From an uncultured Eubacteriales bacterium (lineage in GTDB: Bacteria > Bacillota > Clostridia > Oscillospirales > QAMX01), in the NCBI GenBank assembly GCA_934546935.1, contig CAKTEH010000004.1:15756-79755 (forward strand): a stretch of DNA of 64,000 nucleotides. The letters run 5' to 3'. Below are positions 7,583-17,715 of this stretch, one piece after another (positions within the stretch are counted from its first letter, which is position 1; the number at the start of each line of letters is the position of its first letter). The position numbers and the translations under genes were made by a program. The notes beneath the pieces are model-generated. The model was not told the DNA's origin. It saw only the letters and a program-made list of their open reading frames with translations, and did no database searches.

Positions 7583-9379
7583 TTATAATACAATAGCTTC
7601 AAGTGGGAGGATGTATTTTTCCTGCTGGCGTTTAAATTCCCGCCGGTAATCCTCACCGTTTCCGGAGTGGAGCTCGCGCAGATATTCGTGATGGTTTTTC
7701 ATGATCGCGTCGTTTTCACGGGCCATCATCAGCATGGCGATGCTGGAGCATTGATCGGCTGCGCGTTCAAGATAGGTCAGTACTTCTGTAAAAATCAATC
7801 CGGTCTGAATTGCACAGTTTCCGCTGCGCAGCCGCTCCGTATGCCGGTTTTTCATCAGCATTACCATATCGTCGATGACTTCCTCCAAAGGCTCGATGCG
7901 CCGTGCAAGGCGGTTGTCGTCATCTTCTAATGCATTTGTAGTCAGCTCGATAATTTCCTCTACGGCCTGGATCAGCAAAGTAAGCTCGTCCTTTGCCCCG
8001 CCGGAGAAATAAAGTTTATCGCTGACCAGACGTTCGGCCAGCTCATTGAAATTGGTTGCATAGTCGCCGATGCGTTCAATGTTAGGAACAGCCTGCATCA
8101 ACAGGTTGAGCTGTTTGCTTTGTTCCCCGCCTTCAATATCCCGGGAAAGCTTAATCAGAAAATTGTCGGCTGTATCAGCAAAACGGTCGATCCTGTCCTC
8201 GCGGCGGTTGATCTGTTCGCCTATTTCTGGACGGAAGCTGTCGAACTGCCCACAAGCAAGCACCAGGTTTTCCGAAGCGGCCCGTCCCATTGCCGCAACG
8301 GACTTGCTGGCCTCGGCAAGCGCCATGGCCGGCGAGATGAGAAGGTTATCGTTTAGATTGAACAACTCCGGATATTTTTCTGAATCGGCATCCTTCTCCG
8401 GACGGATCATACGCAGGGAAAGACGTACAAGGAAGTTGGTAAAGGGGAGGAGAACGATTGCCGTTACCAGATTGAACAGCGTCTGGAAATTGGCGATATC
8501 GCCGCTGTTAACAATCTTGTGCCACAGCTGCGGGAAAGCGCCTGCCCGATGCAGGATTGTCATGAAGATCATAAATAGAATTGTTCCCGCACAGTTAAAA
8601 AGGATATGGACAAGCCCAGTACGCTTGGAGTCTTTATTGGATCCGAGGGAGCAGTAAAACGCAGTAACCACACAAGTACCAATATTGATGCCCATAATAA
8701 TCGGATATACCAGGTTGAAATCCATAATCCCGGTAGAGGAAATCGCCTGGAGCATGCCGACGGTAGCGGAGGAACTCTGCACGATCACAGTCACGGCAAG
8801 GCCGGTAAGAATGCCGAGGATCGGGATCTCGCTGAATTTGGAAAGCAGATTGATGAATGCCTGGGACTCGGAAAGACCGGAGACGGCAGAGGTCATGGAC
8901 ATTAGGCCAACAAAGAGAATGCCGAACCCGACGCAGATTTCGCCGACGCTTTTTGTACCGCGCTTTTTAATGAACATGAGCAGAATAATGCCAATAATCA
9001 GCGCAATGGGCGCCAGCGTCGAAGGCTTGAAAAATTCCAAAAGATTGCCGGAAGATTCGATGTCCATCAGCCGGATAATCTGAGCCGTGACGGTTGTACC
9101 AATATTGGCGCCGAGCACAATGCTGACCGCCTGCTTCAGATTCAGTATCCCGGCCGTGATCAGCCCGACTGCCAGGACGATGGTTGCTGTCGAGCTTTGG
9201 ATAATAGCCGTGACCAGGGTACCGGTTAAAAGGCCAAGAAAGGTATTGTGCGTCAGCTTCCCAAGGACTTTTTTCAATGCGCCGCCCGAGCTTTGCTTCA
9301 GTCCGTCTCCCATAATCTCCATGCCGTAAAGGAACATGGCCAGGCCTCCAAGCATGGTGATAACATCAAAAATACTCAT
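7583..9379 (-). CDS. Na/Pi cotransporter family protein with C-terminal PhoU-like domains
   Basis: 598 aa. The N-terminus MSIFDVITMLGGLAMFLYGMEIMGDGLK and the repeated QSSSAT motif are typical of NptA/YjbB-type transporters, with a helical PhoU-like tail. Confidence 0.88.
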   Translation of the reverse strand: MSIFDVITMLGGLAMFLYGMEIMGDGLKQSSGGALKKVLGKLTHNTFLGLLTGTLVTAIIQSSTATIVLAVGLITAGILNLKQAVSIVLGANIGTTVTAQIIRLMDIESSGNLLEFFKPSTLAPIALIIGIILLMFIKKRGTKSVGEICVGFGILFVGLMSMTSAVSGLSESQAFINLLSKFSEIPILGILTGLAVTVIVQSSSATVGMLQAISSTGIMDFNLVYPIIMGINIGTCVVTAFYCSLGSNKDSKRTGLVHILFNCAGTILFMIFMTILHRAGAFPQLWHKIVNSGDIANFQTLFNLVTAIVLLPFTNFLVRLSLRMIRPEKDADSEKYPELFNLNDNLLISPAMALAEASKSVAAMGRAASENLVLACGQFDSFRPEIGEQINRREDRIDRFADTADNFLIKLSRDIEGGEQSKQLNLLMQAVPNIERIGDYATNFNELAERLVSDKLYFSGGAKDELTLLIQAVEEIIELTTNALEDDDNRLARRIEPLEEVIDDMVMLMKNRHTERLRSGNCAIQTGLIFTEVLTYLERAADQCSSIAMLMMARENDAIMKNHHEYLRELHSGNGEDYRREFKRQQEKYILPLEAIVL

Positions 9380-9437
9380 CTCATACTCCCGTCGCAGTTT
9401 GTCGAATCCTATATTTAATTTATTGTAATGGAATTTT

Positions 9438-9493
9438 TGTTAAGCGCGAAAGCAGGGTTGTGTTAAATCTGGGTTAAATCGGCTTGAAATGTG
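9438..9493 (-). promoter_or_regulatory. Pho-box-like direct repeats upstream of the Na/Pi transporter gene
   Basis: Minus strand hexamers TTCAAG, TTAACC and TTAACA start 11 bp apart (plus 9483-9488, 9472-9477, 9461-9466), and a further TTAACA lies at 9438-9443. They resemble B. subtilis PhoP boxes, TT(A/T/C)ACA spaced by about 5 nt. Confidence 0.5.
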
Positions 9494-9660
9494 CGGTTTC
9501 CTTTTTGCTGTTTTTGTGGTATAACTATACTGTCTGGCTATAGTGCCTGAGATGGACAACTCTTGTGTTGCGGCGGGATGATAAGCGGAATTTACCTGCG
9601 GCCGGGGCAAAATCGGTTTGTACAGGGCTTTTTTACCGTTGAAAAGAGGATGGAGAACAT

Positions 9661-10329
9661 ATGATTTATTTCTTGGAAGATGATGACAATATCCGCAATT
9701 TTGTCGTATATGCATTGGACAATTCCGGGATTACAGCGCAGGGTTTTGAAAAGCCTTCAGATTTTTACGGTGCGCTGGAGCGCCAGCTTCCGGAACTGGT
9801 GCTTTTGGATATCATGCTCCCGGAAGAAGATGGGCTGGAGGTACTGAAAAAGCTTCGTACCCGCGCCGATACCCGGACGATGCCGGTAATTGTCCTGTCT
9901 GCGCGTGGGACGGAGTATGACAAGGTCATTGGCCTGGATTCGGGCGCAGATGATTATATTTCCAAGCCTTTTGGGATTATGGAGCTTGTTTCCCGCATCC
10001 GTGCGCTGCTGCGCAGAGCCGGCGGGGGGGAGAAAAGCGAGTATATGGTCGGCAGCCTCTACGTCAATCCCGAAAAACATACGGTGTTGGCAAATGGTGC
10101 GGAAGTTGCGTTGACCTATAAGGAATTTGAACTTTTGTGCGTATTGATCCGGGATCCGGGCACAGTGTTTACCCGTGATGCGCTGCTGTCGCAGATCTGG
10201 GGCTATCAGTTCGATGGGGAGAACCGGACGGTGGACGTACATATCCGGACGCTGCGAGCAAAGCTTGGCGAATGCGGGGAATTGATTGAAACAGTTCGCG
10301 GAATTGGCTATAAAATTGGAGAAAAGTGA
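9661..10329 (+). CDS. OmpR/PhoB-family response regulator
   Basis: Receiver domain (LLDIMLPEEDG, ADDYISKPF) plus a winged-helix output domain (LTYKEFELL..., RTVDVHIRTLRAKL, VRGIGYK). Confidence 0.9.
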   Translation: MIYFLEDDDNIRNFVVYALDNSGITAQGFEKPSDFYGALERQLPELVLLDIMLPEEDGLEVLKKLRTRADTRTMPVIVLSARGTEYDKVIGLDSGADDYISKPFGIMELVSRIRALLRRAGGGEKSEYMVGSLYVNPEKHTVLANGAEVALTYKEFELLCVLIRDPGTVFTRDALLSQIWGYQFDGENRTVDVHIRTLRAKLGECGELIETVRGIGYKIGEK

Positions 10330-11963
10330 TGACAAGACGAATTTTTCGGGGCATCATCCTTACGGAAATGCTGATTTTCGGGATTTGCGCAGCTTTTCTT
10401 GCTGTCATTGTAACGCGTTTTTCCAGTTCCATGGTGGCGGATGAACTGAAAATTGACGCGCATTGCGTTGCGCAGGGGCTGGAGGCCTGCGGTGCAGCCT
10501 ATTTTGAAAATTTCCGGATGGAAGCCTTCCGCGTCACTTGGCTTGGGGCGGATGGCTGTGTGCTGTTTGACAGCCTGGAAGAAGCTGCGCAGTTGGAAAA
10601 CCATGCGGGGCGTAGCGAGGTGCAGGCGGCCCTTTCGGTTGGAGAAGGGGAGGCAGTGCGGTATTCGGAAACATTGGGCGCAAGGATTGTTTATTATGCT
10701 ATGCGGCTGGGGGACGGCTCCGTGCTGCGGGTATCGGTTGAAAACAGAAGCCTGTGGGACATTGCACGCCAGCTGATATGGTATATCCTTCCTGTATTTT
10801 TGCTGATTACTCTGTTGGCAGCGGCGCTTGCGTCGCGCATTGCCCAACGGATTACCAAACCAATTAATGAGATTGATTTGGATTCCCCGCAGGTGGAAAG
10901 CGTATATCGGGAACTGCGGCCGCTTGCAGAAAAGATAACCCGGCAGAATGAACAGCGCAGCCAGCAGATTGACCAGCTGCGGCGCAGTCAGGAAGAATTC
11001 CGGCTGATTACGGAAAATATGCATGAAGGGATGTTGATTACGGATGCAGCCGGCCAGGTGCTTTCCCGTAATGCCAGTGCGCTTGAGCTTCTGGATGGAG
11101 GTATGGAGGAAAGCCGGATCGGGGAAGCTGTTGCTCAGGCGCTGGCTTCCGGCCATGCGGAACAGCTCCTGCATATTGGCGAGGCCTACTATAATGCAAT
11201 TGCCAACCGCGTCAGTGCCGGCGGCAGGGTTAACGGCGCCATTGTGATTATTTTGGATATTACGGAAAAACAACAGCGGGAAATGCTGCGGCGTGAATTT
11301 ACCTCCAATGTTTCCCATGAGCTGAAGACCCCGTTGACAACCATTTATGGCATCAGTGAGCTTTTAACCAATGGAATGGTGAAGCCACAGGATGTGGAGC
11401 GCTTTGCGCGCAACATCCATGATGAATCCGGCCGCATGATTTCCCTGATTGAGGATTTGATTAAGCTTTCACAGCTGGATGAAAATCCGCAGCCTTTTGA
11501 GCTGATGCGTATAGATCTGTATCAGGCGGCGCATACCGTTGTAAAGAGGCTCCTCCCTGCTGCCGGCCAGCGTGGGATCTGCATCACGCTCAGCGGTGTT
11601 CCGGCTTTTACGCTTGGTGCACCGGCTATCGTTGACGAAATGATTTACAATCTGGTTGACAACGCAATTAAATATAATAAGGAGGGCGGCCGTATCGAAA
11701 TCCGGGTTAGTGTTGAGGATATGCCTGCTGTTGTTGTGGAAGATACAGGCATTGGTATTGCCAAAATACATCAAAACCGTGTTTTTGAGCGGTTCTACCG
11801 GGTGGATAAGAGCCATTCCCGCAAAATCGGAGGAACCGGGCTGGGCTTGTCGATTGTCAAGCATGCGGCGGCGTTTCACGGCGCGACAGTCGAATTGGAG
11901 AGCCAGGAGGGCCTCGGGACCAGGGTGACGCTGCGTTTCCGGCCGGAAGAAGGGCGTGCGTAA
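10326..11963 (+). CDS. Sensor histidine kinase (PhoR-like: 2 TM, PAS, HisKA, HATPase)
   Basis: H-box FTSNVSHELKTPLTTI, N-box NLVDNAIKYN, G-boxes DTGIGI and GGTGLGLSIVKH. Its start overlaps the regulator stop. Confidence 0.88.
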   Translation: MMTRRIFRGIILTEMLIFGICAAFLAVIVTRFSSSMVADELKIDAHCVAQGLEACGAAYFENFRMEAFRVTWLGADGCVLFDSLEEAAQLENHAGRSEVQAALSVGEGEAVRYSETLGARIVYYAMRLGDGSVLRVSVENRSLWDIARQLIWYILPVFLLITLLAAALASRIAQRITKPINEIDLDSPQVESVYRELRPLAEKITRQNEQRSQQIDQLRRSQEEFRLITENMHEGMLITDAAGQVLSRNASALELLDGGMEESRIGEAVAQALASGHAEQLLHIGEAYYNAIANRVSAGGRVNGAIVIILDITEKQQREMLRREFTSNVSHELKTPLTTIYGISELLTNGMVKPQDVERFARNIHDESGRMISLIEDLIKLSQLDENPQPFELMRIDLYQAAHTVVKRLLPAAGQRGICITLSGVPAFTLGAPAIVDEMIYNLVDNAIKYNKEGGRIEIRVSVEDMPAVVVEDTGIGIAKIHQNRVFERFYRVDKSHSRKIGGTGLGLSIVKHAAAFHGATVELESQEGLGTRVTLRFRPEEGRA

Positions 11964-12002
11964 GCAGGAAGGGCATTTATACGAAAATGCCCTGAAAATT
12001 GC

Positions 12003-12031
12003 TTGACAAGAGAACGTTTGTTTGCTAATAT
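12003..12031 (+). promoter_or_regulatory. Candidate sigma-A promoter
   Basis: TTGACA (12003-12008), 17-nt spacer, TAATAT (12026-12031), after hairpin AGGGCATTT..AAATGCCCT (11970-11993). Confidence 0.55.
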
Positions 12032-12062
12032 ACGAACATAGGTTCTAAAAAGAGAGATCAAA

Positions 12063-12617
12063 ATGAAAAAAATATTACTCACGTCCAATGGATTTGAAAA
12101 TCCCCGTCTTGGCGAAGAATTTTCAGCGCTTGTTGGAAAAGCGCCCGGGCAGATGCGCTGCCTGTTTATTCCCACGGCGGCAGTCAATCCGGATGCACTG
12201 GAGGTTTTGCCAAAATGCCTGTACGACCTGCTCGATCTCGGCGTGGCTTCCGCGCAGATTACCGTTTACGATTTGCACGAGCCGATGGATGCGCAGACGC
12301 TGTGCGGCTTTGATGCGGTTTATGTCGCCGGCGGCGATACCCGCTATCTGCTGCGGCGGATGAAGGAAGCGGGTTTTGGCGCTGTATTAGAACGGTTTTT
12401 CGAATCGGGCGGCGTTTATGTCGGCGTCAGCGCCGGAAGCATTGCCGCCGCGGCCAATCATGCACACAATCTCGGATATCTTCCGTGTGCGCTGCGTGTG
12501 CATTGCGAAAAGGGGAGCAAACCAGGCACGGTTGATTTTGGGGATTGCGCATGCATCGATTTGTCCCCGGAGCAGGCGGTGCGGATTGAAAACGATGTTT
12601 TCACTATAATTCAATAA
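12063..12617 (+). CDS. Peptidase S51 (dipeptidase E-like) family protein
   Basis: MKKILLTSNGF..., CLFIPTAA and GVSAGSI (nucleophile serine context) are typical of the PepE/S51 fold. Confidence 0.7.
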   Translation: MKKILLTSNGFENPRLGEEFSALVGKAPGQMRCLFIPTAAVNPDALEVLPKCLYDLLDLGVASAQITVYDLHEPMDAQTLCGFDAVYVAGGDTRYLLRRMKEAGFGAVLERFFESGGVYVGVSAGSIAAAANHAHNLGYLPCALRVHCEKGSKPGTVDFGDCACIDLSPEQAVRIENDVFTIIQ

Positions 12618-12632
12618 ATAAGGAGATGCGGC

Positions 12633-13031
12633 ATGGAAGCGATTAACAGGAAAAATCTGGATGACATGTATGCCAATGCCTGTGCGTATTCCGAGGTGGT
12701 CTGCGCAGGGGACTGGGTGTTTTTGAATTTTTGCGTGGGCAATGTTGGGGGAAGTGTGGAGCAGCAGGTAAACGGCGCGCTGGATAATATGCAGGCCCGC
12801 CTTGCACTGGTTGGACTGACGCTGGAGCAGGTTGTAAAGGTTGATGTCCTGATGCGGGATCCATGGAATATTCCCGTGATGGAAAAGGTGTTTGCCGAGC
12901 GTTTTCAGGGAAAATATCCTGCGCGCAAGACCATTGCCACAGAGTTTGCGCATTGCGGGGGTGAAAACGGCTTGCAGGTGCAAATCGACGCCATTGCCTA
13001 TAAAGGTACGGGTATGTGCGTAAGCGTTTGA
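12633..13031 (+). CDS. RidA/YjgF-family reactive-intermediate deaminase-like protein
   Basis: 132 aa. The ...KVDVLMRD...FAERFQGKYPARKTIA... pattern fits the YjgF/RidA family. Confidence 0.7.
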   Translation: MEAINRKNLDDMYANACAYSEVVCAGDWVFLNFCVGNVGGSVEQQVNGALDNMQARLALVGLTLEQVVKVDVLMRDPWNIPVMEKVFAERFQGKYPARKTIATEFAHCGGENGLQVQIDAIAYKGTGMCVSV

Positions 13032-13063
13032 GCGCATAGGAAGACAGTTAGAATAGAAACAAG

Positions 13064-13099
13064 ATGCTCCTGTGTGCGTTTTTTCGTACACAGGAGCAT
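13064..13099. terminator. Bidirectional intrinsic terminator
   Basis: ATGCTCCTGTGTGCG (13064-13078), loop TTTTTT, CGTACACAGGAGCAT (13085-13099), followed by TTATTTT. Confidence 0.8.
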
Positions 13100-13132
13100 T
13101 TATTTTGGCTAATCTTGAAATGCGGGTATAGG

Positions 13133-14803
13133 CTATCGATATAAACGCAGCTTTTTTACAGCGGCGTACAGCTTTGCACCCGCGGGGAGCTGAAGGATTT
13201 CCTCCGGCGTCAGGATGCGCAGCAGGCATACGACGAGCAGATAAAATATGACGGAGAGGGCGATGGAAGCAAGTGTGGAAACCGCATTGGAAGACGTCAG
13301 CAGATAAAAAAGCGCATATGCGGCAATTGAGAATACGCCCATGAGCGCACTTGCAGCTACCGGTTTTATAAAATATTTCATGACAGGGAGTTTAAACTGC
13401 ATGCTGCGCTTGAGGATAAAAAAGCAGACACAGAAGGCGGAAAGATGGCAAAAGACGGAGGAAATTGCCGCGCCGTAGATATTGATGGCGGGGATTCGGA
13501 TAAGGATAAGGTTGAGTATGATTTTCAGGGTTACTCCGCAGGCAAGCCCGAATGCGGGAATGAAAAATTTCCCAAGGCCCTGCAGTGCGCCGCAGATAGT
13601 TTGATCGAGCGCGGTGAAGACCAATGCGACTGCCGCCAGCTGCAGCAGGTCTGCGCCGTCAGGCGTTGACGGATAAATCAGGTTGAAAATTGGTTGGGCC
13701 AGGGTAATCAGGCCGGTCGCACAGGGCAGAATCAGAAGGGTGGAGATCAACAGGGAGTAGCCGATTCGGCCTTCCGCTTCCCGGCGCTGGCCGCGCGCAA
13801 GTGCAGCTGAAATTGTCGGTACAAGCACGGTTGCAAAGGCAATATTAAGCGCAAGCGGGAGATTTGTGATAATATCGCTTTTTGAGAGCATCCCGGAGAG
13901 ACGGGTGGCTTCCTCGTTCAGGGCTTCGGCGCTGGGAATCCCCGCAATGCCCGGGATCCCGGAAGCAAAAGCAGCCTTTATTCCGGTCATAATGGTCGCA
14001 GTGTCGATGACGCGGGCAAACGCGGTGATGATGGAGGAGAGGGAAATCGGGATGGAGATCCACAGGATGCTCTTGGAAACTTTCCAAAAGCCCTGCTCCC
14101 CGGTATCGGGAAGCGCCGGCGCGCTGTCTTCCCCGCGTGCAAGGATACGCCGGCGATTGCGCAGATAATACAGGATGATGTAGAAAAAGCTGACCATTGT
14201 CGCCAGCGCGGTTGCAAGGTTTGCGCCGGCTGCCATGATCTGAGGGGATTCGGAAATCAGCATATAGACGATCAGGATCGTCAGAGAGGTTTTAAAGATC
14301 TGTTCAATCACCTGGCTGCGGCCGGAAGCGCGTACGTCCTGATTGCCAAGGCAATAGCCGCGCACGACCGCGCCTGTACAGACGAAGAAAATCGCAGGGG
14401 ACAGTGCGCGCAAGGTATACTGTACGCCGTCCATATGGATGATGCGCTGGGCAATAAAATCAGCACCGAAGAATAAAATTGCGGAGCAGGCTAACCCGAT
14501 CCCGGCAAAAAGCGCAAGGGCCGTATGAAAAATCCGCTTTGCTTCGTCGTATTTCCCCATTGCAGTACGCTCGGAAACCATTTTAGAAATGGCGTTAGGG
14601 ATTCCGACGGAGGATATGGCCAAAAGCAGGGTATATACCTGATAACCGGCGTTATAGTACCCGTTTCCGATATTCCCAAAGCCTTCGATATTGGTGATTA
14701 CAAGCCGGTAAACCATCCCCAGCAGTTTTATCAGTACCTGGGAAACAAGGATATAAAATACGCGCGCCATAAAACCCTGCCGCCGTTTTTGCTTTTCGGA
14801 CAA
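13133..14803 (-). CDS. MOP-superfamily flippase (SpoVB/MurJ-like polysaccharide biosynthesis protein)
   Basis: Polytopic membrane protein. The N-terminus ...KQKRRQGFMARVFYILVSQVLIKLLGMVYR aligns with SpoVB/MurJ-type starts. Start uncertain: TTG 14803 behind AAGGGGA, or ATG 14770. The ORF-track start at 14977 is unlikely. Confidence 0.75.
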   Translation of the reverse strand: MSEKQKRRQGFMARVFYILVSQVLIKLLGMVYRLVITNIEGFGNIGNGYYNAGYQVYTLLLAISSVGIPNAISKMVSERTAMGKYDEAKRIFHTALALFAGIGLACSAILFFGADFIAQRIIHMDGVQYTLRALSPAIFFVCTGAVVRGYCLGNQDVRASGRSQVIEQIFKTSLTILIVYMLISESPQIMAAGANLATALATMVSFFYIILYYLRNRRRILARGEDSAPALPDTGEQGFWKVSKSILWISIPISLSSIITAFARVIDTATIMTGIKAAFASGIPGIAGIPSAEALNEEATRLSGMLSKSDIITNLPLALNIAFATVLVPTISAALARGQRREAEGRIGYSLLISTLLILPCATGLITLAQPIFNLIYPSTPDGADLLQLAAVALVFTALDQTICGALQGLGKFFIPAFGLACGVTLKIILNLILIRIPAINIYGAAISSVFCHLSAFCVCFFILKRSMQFKLPVMKYFIKPVAASALMGVFSIAAYALFYLLTSSNAVSTLASIALSVIFYLLVVCLLRILTPEEILQLPAGAKLYAAVKKLRLYR

Positions 14804-15087
14804 AAAAAGATCCCCTTTCGCGCATAAGCTCTTGTTTATGCCTGGTTTTTCCAAGAATACCGTATTATACCCCCGCAATTGCGGTAATGTCAAGCCAAAG
14901 CATTCAGGACCTGCGCACACGGAAAGATATCTGGCGCTTATGCGGGCAGGCCGTTTAAGAGAAACAGTTGATTTCAATCAAAAAATACAGTATAATAAAA
15001 AAGACAAGTAACCCCGCAGAAGGTGGGACGAATTCAGGTTTATAGGAAAAAAAGCCGCGTTTTGCGGCAAATATCAAGGAGGGTACT

Positions 15088-16212
15088 ATGGCATATCTGG
15101 GTGAATCGATCCCGAAACTTGGTTTTGGCTATATGCGTCTGCCGCGCAAAGCAGAAGGCGGATATGATATGAAAATGATCTGCGATATGGTGGATTATTT
15201 CATGGATAATGGCTTTACTTATTTTGATACTGCATATGTTTACGATGGTGGAGATTCAGAAAAGGCAATTTATGAGTCTCTTGTCTCCCGATATCCGCGT
15301 GAGCGCTTTCAGCTTGCAACCAAGCTGAAGCTGCCGATGGCTGGAATCGAGACGGCGGATGACGTCGGGATGGAGCTTGAAAAATCTCTTGCGCGCACGG
15401 GTGCGGGTTATTTTGATTTCTACCTTCTCCATGCGCTCAGCGGCGCAGGTATTGAGGAATATGAGCGTCTCGGCGCATGGGACTTTGTCAAACATATGAA
15501 AGAAGAGGGGAAAATCCGCCATTATGGTTTTTCCTTCCACGATACTGCCGATAAGCTTGAGGCGCTGCTTCAGAAGCACCCCGACGCCGAATTTGTCCAG
15601 CTCCAGATCAATTATGCCGACTGGGAAGATGCGGACGTCCAGGCCCGCAAGAATTACGAGGTCTGCCGCAAATACGGTAAACCGGTTGTGATTATGGAGC
15701 CGGTCAAGGGCGGAAATCTTGTGACATTTAAAGATGAGATCAAGGATATGCTGCGCGCTCATAACCCGGATGCATCCATTGCGTCCTGGGCGTTGCGTTT
15801 CTGTGCCTCGCTTGACGGGCTTATCACGGTTTTAAGCGGTATGAGCAGCTTTGAACAGCTGAAAGACAACGTCGATATGATGAAGAATTTCAAGCCGCTG
15901 TGTGAAGAAGAATATGCGCTTTTGAAAAAAGTCCGTGAAAAACTTGCGGAAACGGATACAATTCCCTGTACTGCCTGCCGCTACTGCACCGAGGTTTGCC
16001 CGATGAATATCGATATCCCACGGATTTTCCAGGTGGCAAACGGTTATAAGATGTATGATAATATCGTCGGTTCGAAACGCACTTATGGTTTCATTCCCGC
16101 TGAGCGCCGCGCAGCTTCATGTATCGAATGCGGCGCCTGTGAAGGCACCTGTCCGCAGCATCTGCCGATTCGTACGCTGCTTAAAGATGCGGACAAGAAT
16201 TTTGGTGCATAA
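15088..16212 (+). CDS. Aldo/keto reductase with C-terminal 2x[4Fe-4S] ferredoxin domain
   Basis: AKR core (LGFGYMRLP, FDTAYVY) plus CTACRYCTEVCP and CIECGACEGTCP cluster motifs. Confidence 0.85.
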   Translation: MAYLGESIPKLGFGYMRLPRKAEGGYDMKMICDMVDYFMDNGFTYFDTAYVYDGGDSEKAIYESLVSRYPRERFQLATKLKLPMAGIETADDVGMELEKSLARTGAGYFDFYLLHALSGAGIEEYERLGAWDFVKHMKEEGKIRHYGFSFHDTADKLEALLQKHPDAEFVQLQINYADWEDADVQARKNYEVCRKYGKPVVIMEPVKGGNLVTFKDEIKDMLRAHNPDASIASWALRFCASLDGLITVLSGMSSFEQLKDNVDMMKNFKPLCEEEYALLKKVREKLAETDTIPCTACRYCTEVCPMNIDIPRIFQVANGYKMYDNIVGSKRTYGFIPAERRAASCIECGACEGTCPQHLPIRTLLKDADKNFGA

Positions 16213-16224
16213 GTGAGGCGAAAG

Positions 16225-17661
16225 ATGATGAAACTTTCCGGTTTTGAACCGGGGAAACTCTATGCCTTTTTTGAGGAGATTACCCGGATCCCCCGTGGTT
16301 CTTATAATGAAGCGGGTATTGCCGATTATCTGTGTGCGTTTGCACAGGCGCGCGGACTGCGTTACCTGCGGGACAAGGTTAATAATGTGATCATTTTCAA
16401 GGATGCGTCGGATGGCGTTTGTGCGCCTGCCGTAGTTTTGCAGGGGCATGTGGATATGGTCTGTGAAAAGCTTCCGGGGGTTGAACATGATTTTACCCGT
16501 GACCCGATAGAATTGGTTGTGGATGGCAAGTGGATCCGCGCCAATGGAACGACACTCGGAGCAGACAACGGTGTGGCGGTTGCAATGATGCTGGCGCTGC
16601 TTGATGATAGCGAAGCGGTCCATCCGCCGCTGGAATGCGTCTTTACCGTCTGCGAAGAGACAGGGCTTGAAGGCGTGCTTTCGCTTGATACCTCGGTCCT
16701 TTCTGGACGGACGCTGATTAATCTTGACGACGGGCCGGAATTTGCGGCGGTGGCGTCCAGCGCCGGATCCGTCCGCATCGATTGTACCCGCAATGCTGTG
16801 TATGAGCCTGTAGCAGGACGTGCATTAACCGTGCGTATCGGCGGCCTGCGCGGCGGCCATTCCGGTGCGCAGATCCATGAGGAGCGGGCAAATGCCATCC
16901 GCATTGCCGCGCGCCTGTTGCGCAGCGCGCTTTATGGGGGCGGAGCGCAGCTTGCCGCGCTGCGTGGAGGCGATATGGTCAATGCGATTCCCCGCGACTG
17001 CAGCTTTATGCTTGCCTGTACGGATGCAGATGCAGCGCGCAGCCTTTTGGAAGCTCAGCGCACGCAGATACTTGATGAGATTCTCCGGCTGGAGCCGGAG
17101 GCGTTTATAGAGATTGCAGAGACAGGCTTTAACGGCGAGGCGCTGGATATTGCCTGCGGTCAGGCGTTTGCCGCGCTTTTAAACCTTGCTCCGGACGGCG
17201 TGATCGCGAAAAATCCGGATGATTATTTCACACTTTCGTCTTCAAACCTTGGCTTTGTGCGCTTGGAAGACGGGGTAATGACCGCAAAATTTATGCCGCG
17301 TGCTTCCGTTGATTCCATGCTTTATGACTCAATGGACAAAATTGCGTTGCTTGGACAGCTTACCGGATTCGAAGTGCGTTTTGCGGATGTTTCTCCGGGG
17401 TGGAAATATGAGGAGGAAAGCCCGGTCCGTGAGCTTATGACGCGCGTTGCGCGGGAACGTTTTGGCCGGGCGTTCCAGGTTGGCAAGATACATGCCGGTC
17501 TTGAATGCGGCGTATTTACCAGCCGTATCCCCGGTATGGACGCGATTTCTATCGGCCCGCGTACGGAAGATATCCATACCCCTGCTGAACGCTTGGACAC
17601 GGATTCATTCAGTATAACGTATGCCTTTGTAAAAGCTGTGCTGGAAGAAATGGCCAAATAA
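16225..17661 (+). CDS. pepD: Aminoacyl-histidine dipeptidase (M20 family, PepD)
   Basis: FEEITRIPRGSYNE, LQGHVDMV, GTTLGADNGV and CEETGLEG are PepD/M20C signatures. Start set to ATG 16225 (the track gives GTG 16213). Confidence 0.88.
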   Translation: MMKLSGFEPGKLYAFFEEITRIPRGSYNEAGIADYLCAFAQARGLRYLRDKVNNVIIFKDASDGVCAPAVVLQGHVDMVCEKLPGVEHDFTRDPIELVVDGKWIRANGTTLGADNGVAVAMMLALLDDSEAVHPPLECVFTVCEETGLEGVLSLDTSVLSGRTLINLDDGPEFAAVASSAGSVRIDCTRNAVYEPVAGRALTVRIGGLRGGHSGAQIHEERANAIRIAARLLRSALYGGGAQLAALRGGDMVNAIPRDCSFMLACTDADAARSLLEAQRTQILDEILRLEPEAFIEIAETGFNGEALDIACGQAFAALLNLAPDGVIAKNPDDYFTLSSSNLGFVRLEDGVMTAKFMPRASVDSMLYDSMDKIALLGQLTGFEVRFADVSPGWKYEEESPVRELMTRVARERFGRAFQVGKIHAGLECGVFTSRIPGMDAISIGPRTEDIHTPAERLDTDSFSITYAFVKAVLEEMAK

Positions 17662-17715
17662 GGAATAAGCGGTAAGCGAATTTCGCTTACTGCTTATTTA
17701 TACATAGATGGATAT

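Noticed and set aside
10308-11318. 336-aa minus-strand ORF antisense to the histidine kinase
   Set aside because: It is a shadow ORF, and the kinase motifs on the plus strand are unambiguous.
12387-13229. 280-aa minus-strand ORF spanning the S51 peptidase end, RidA and a terminator
   Set aside because: It crosses an intergenic terminator and two well-supported plus-strand genes, and shows no family resemblance.
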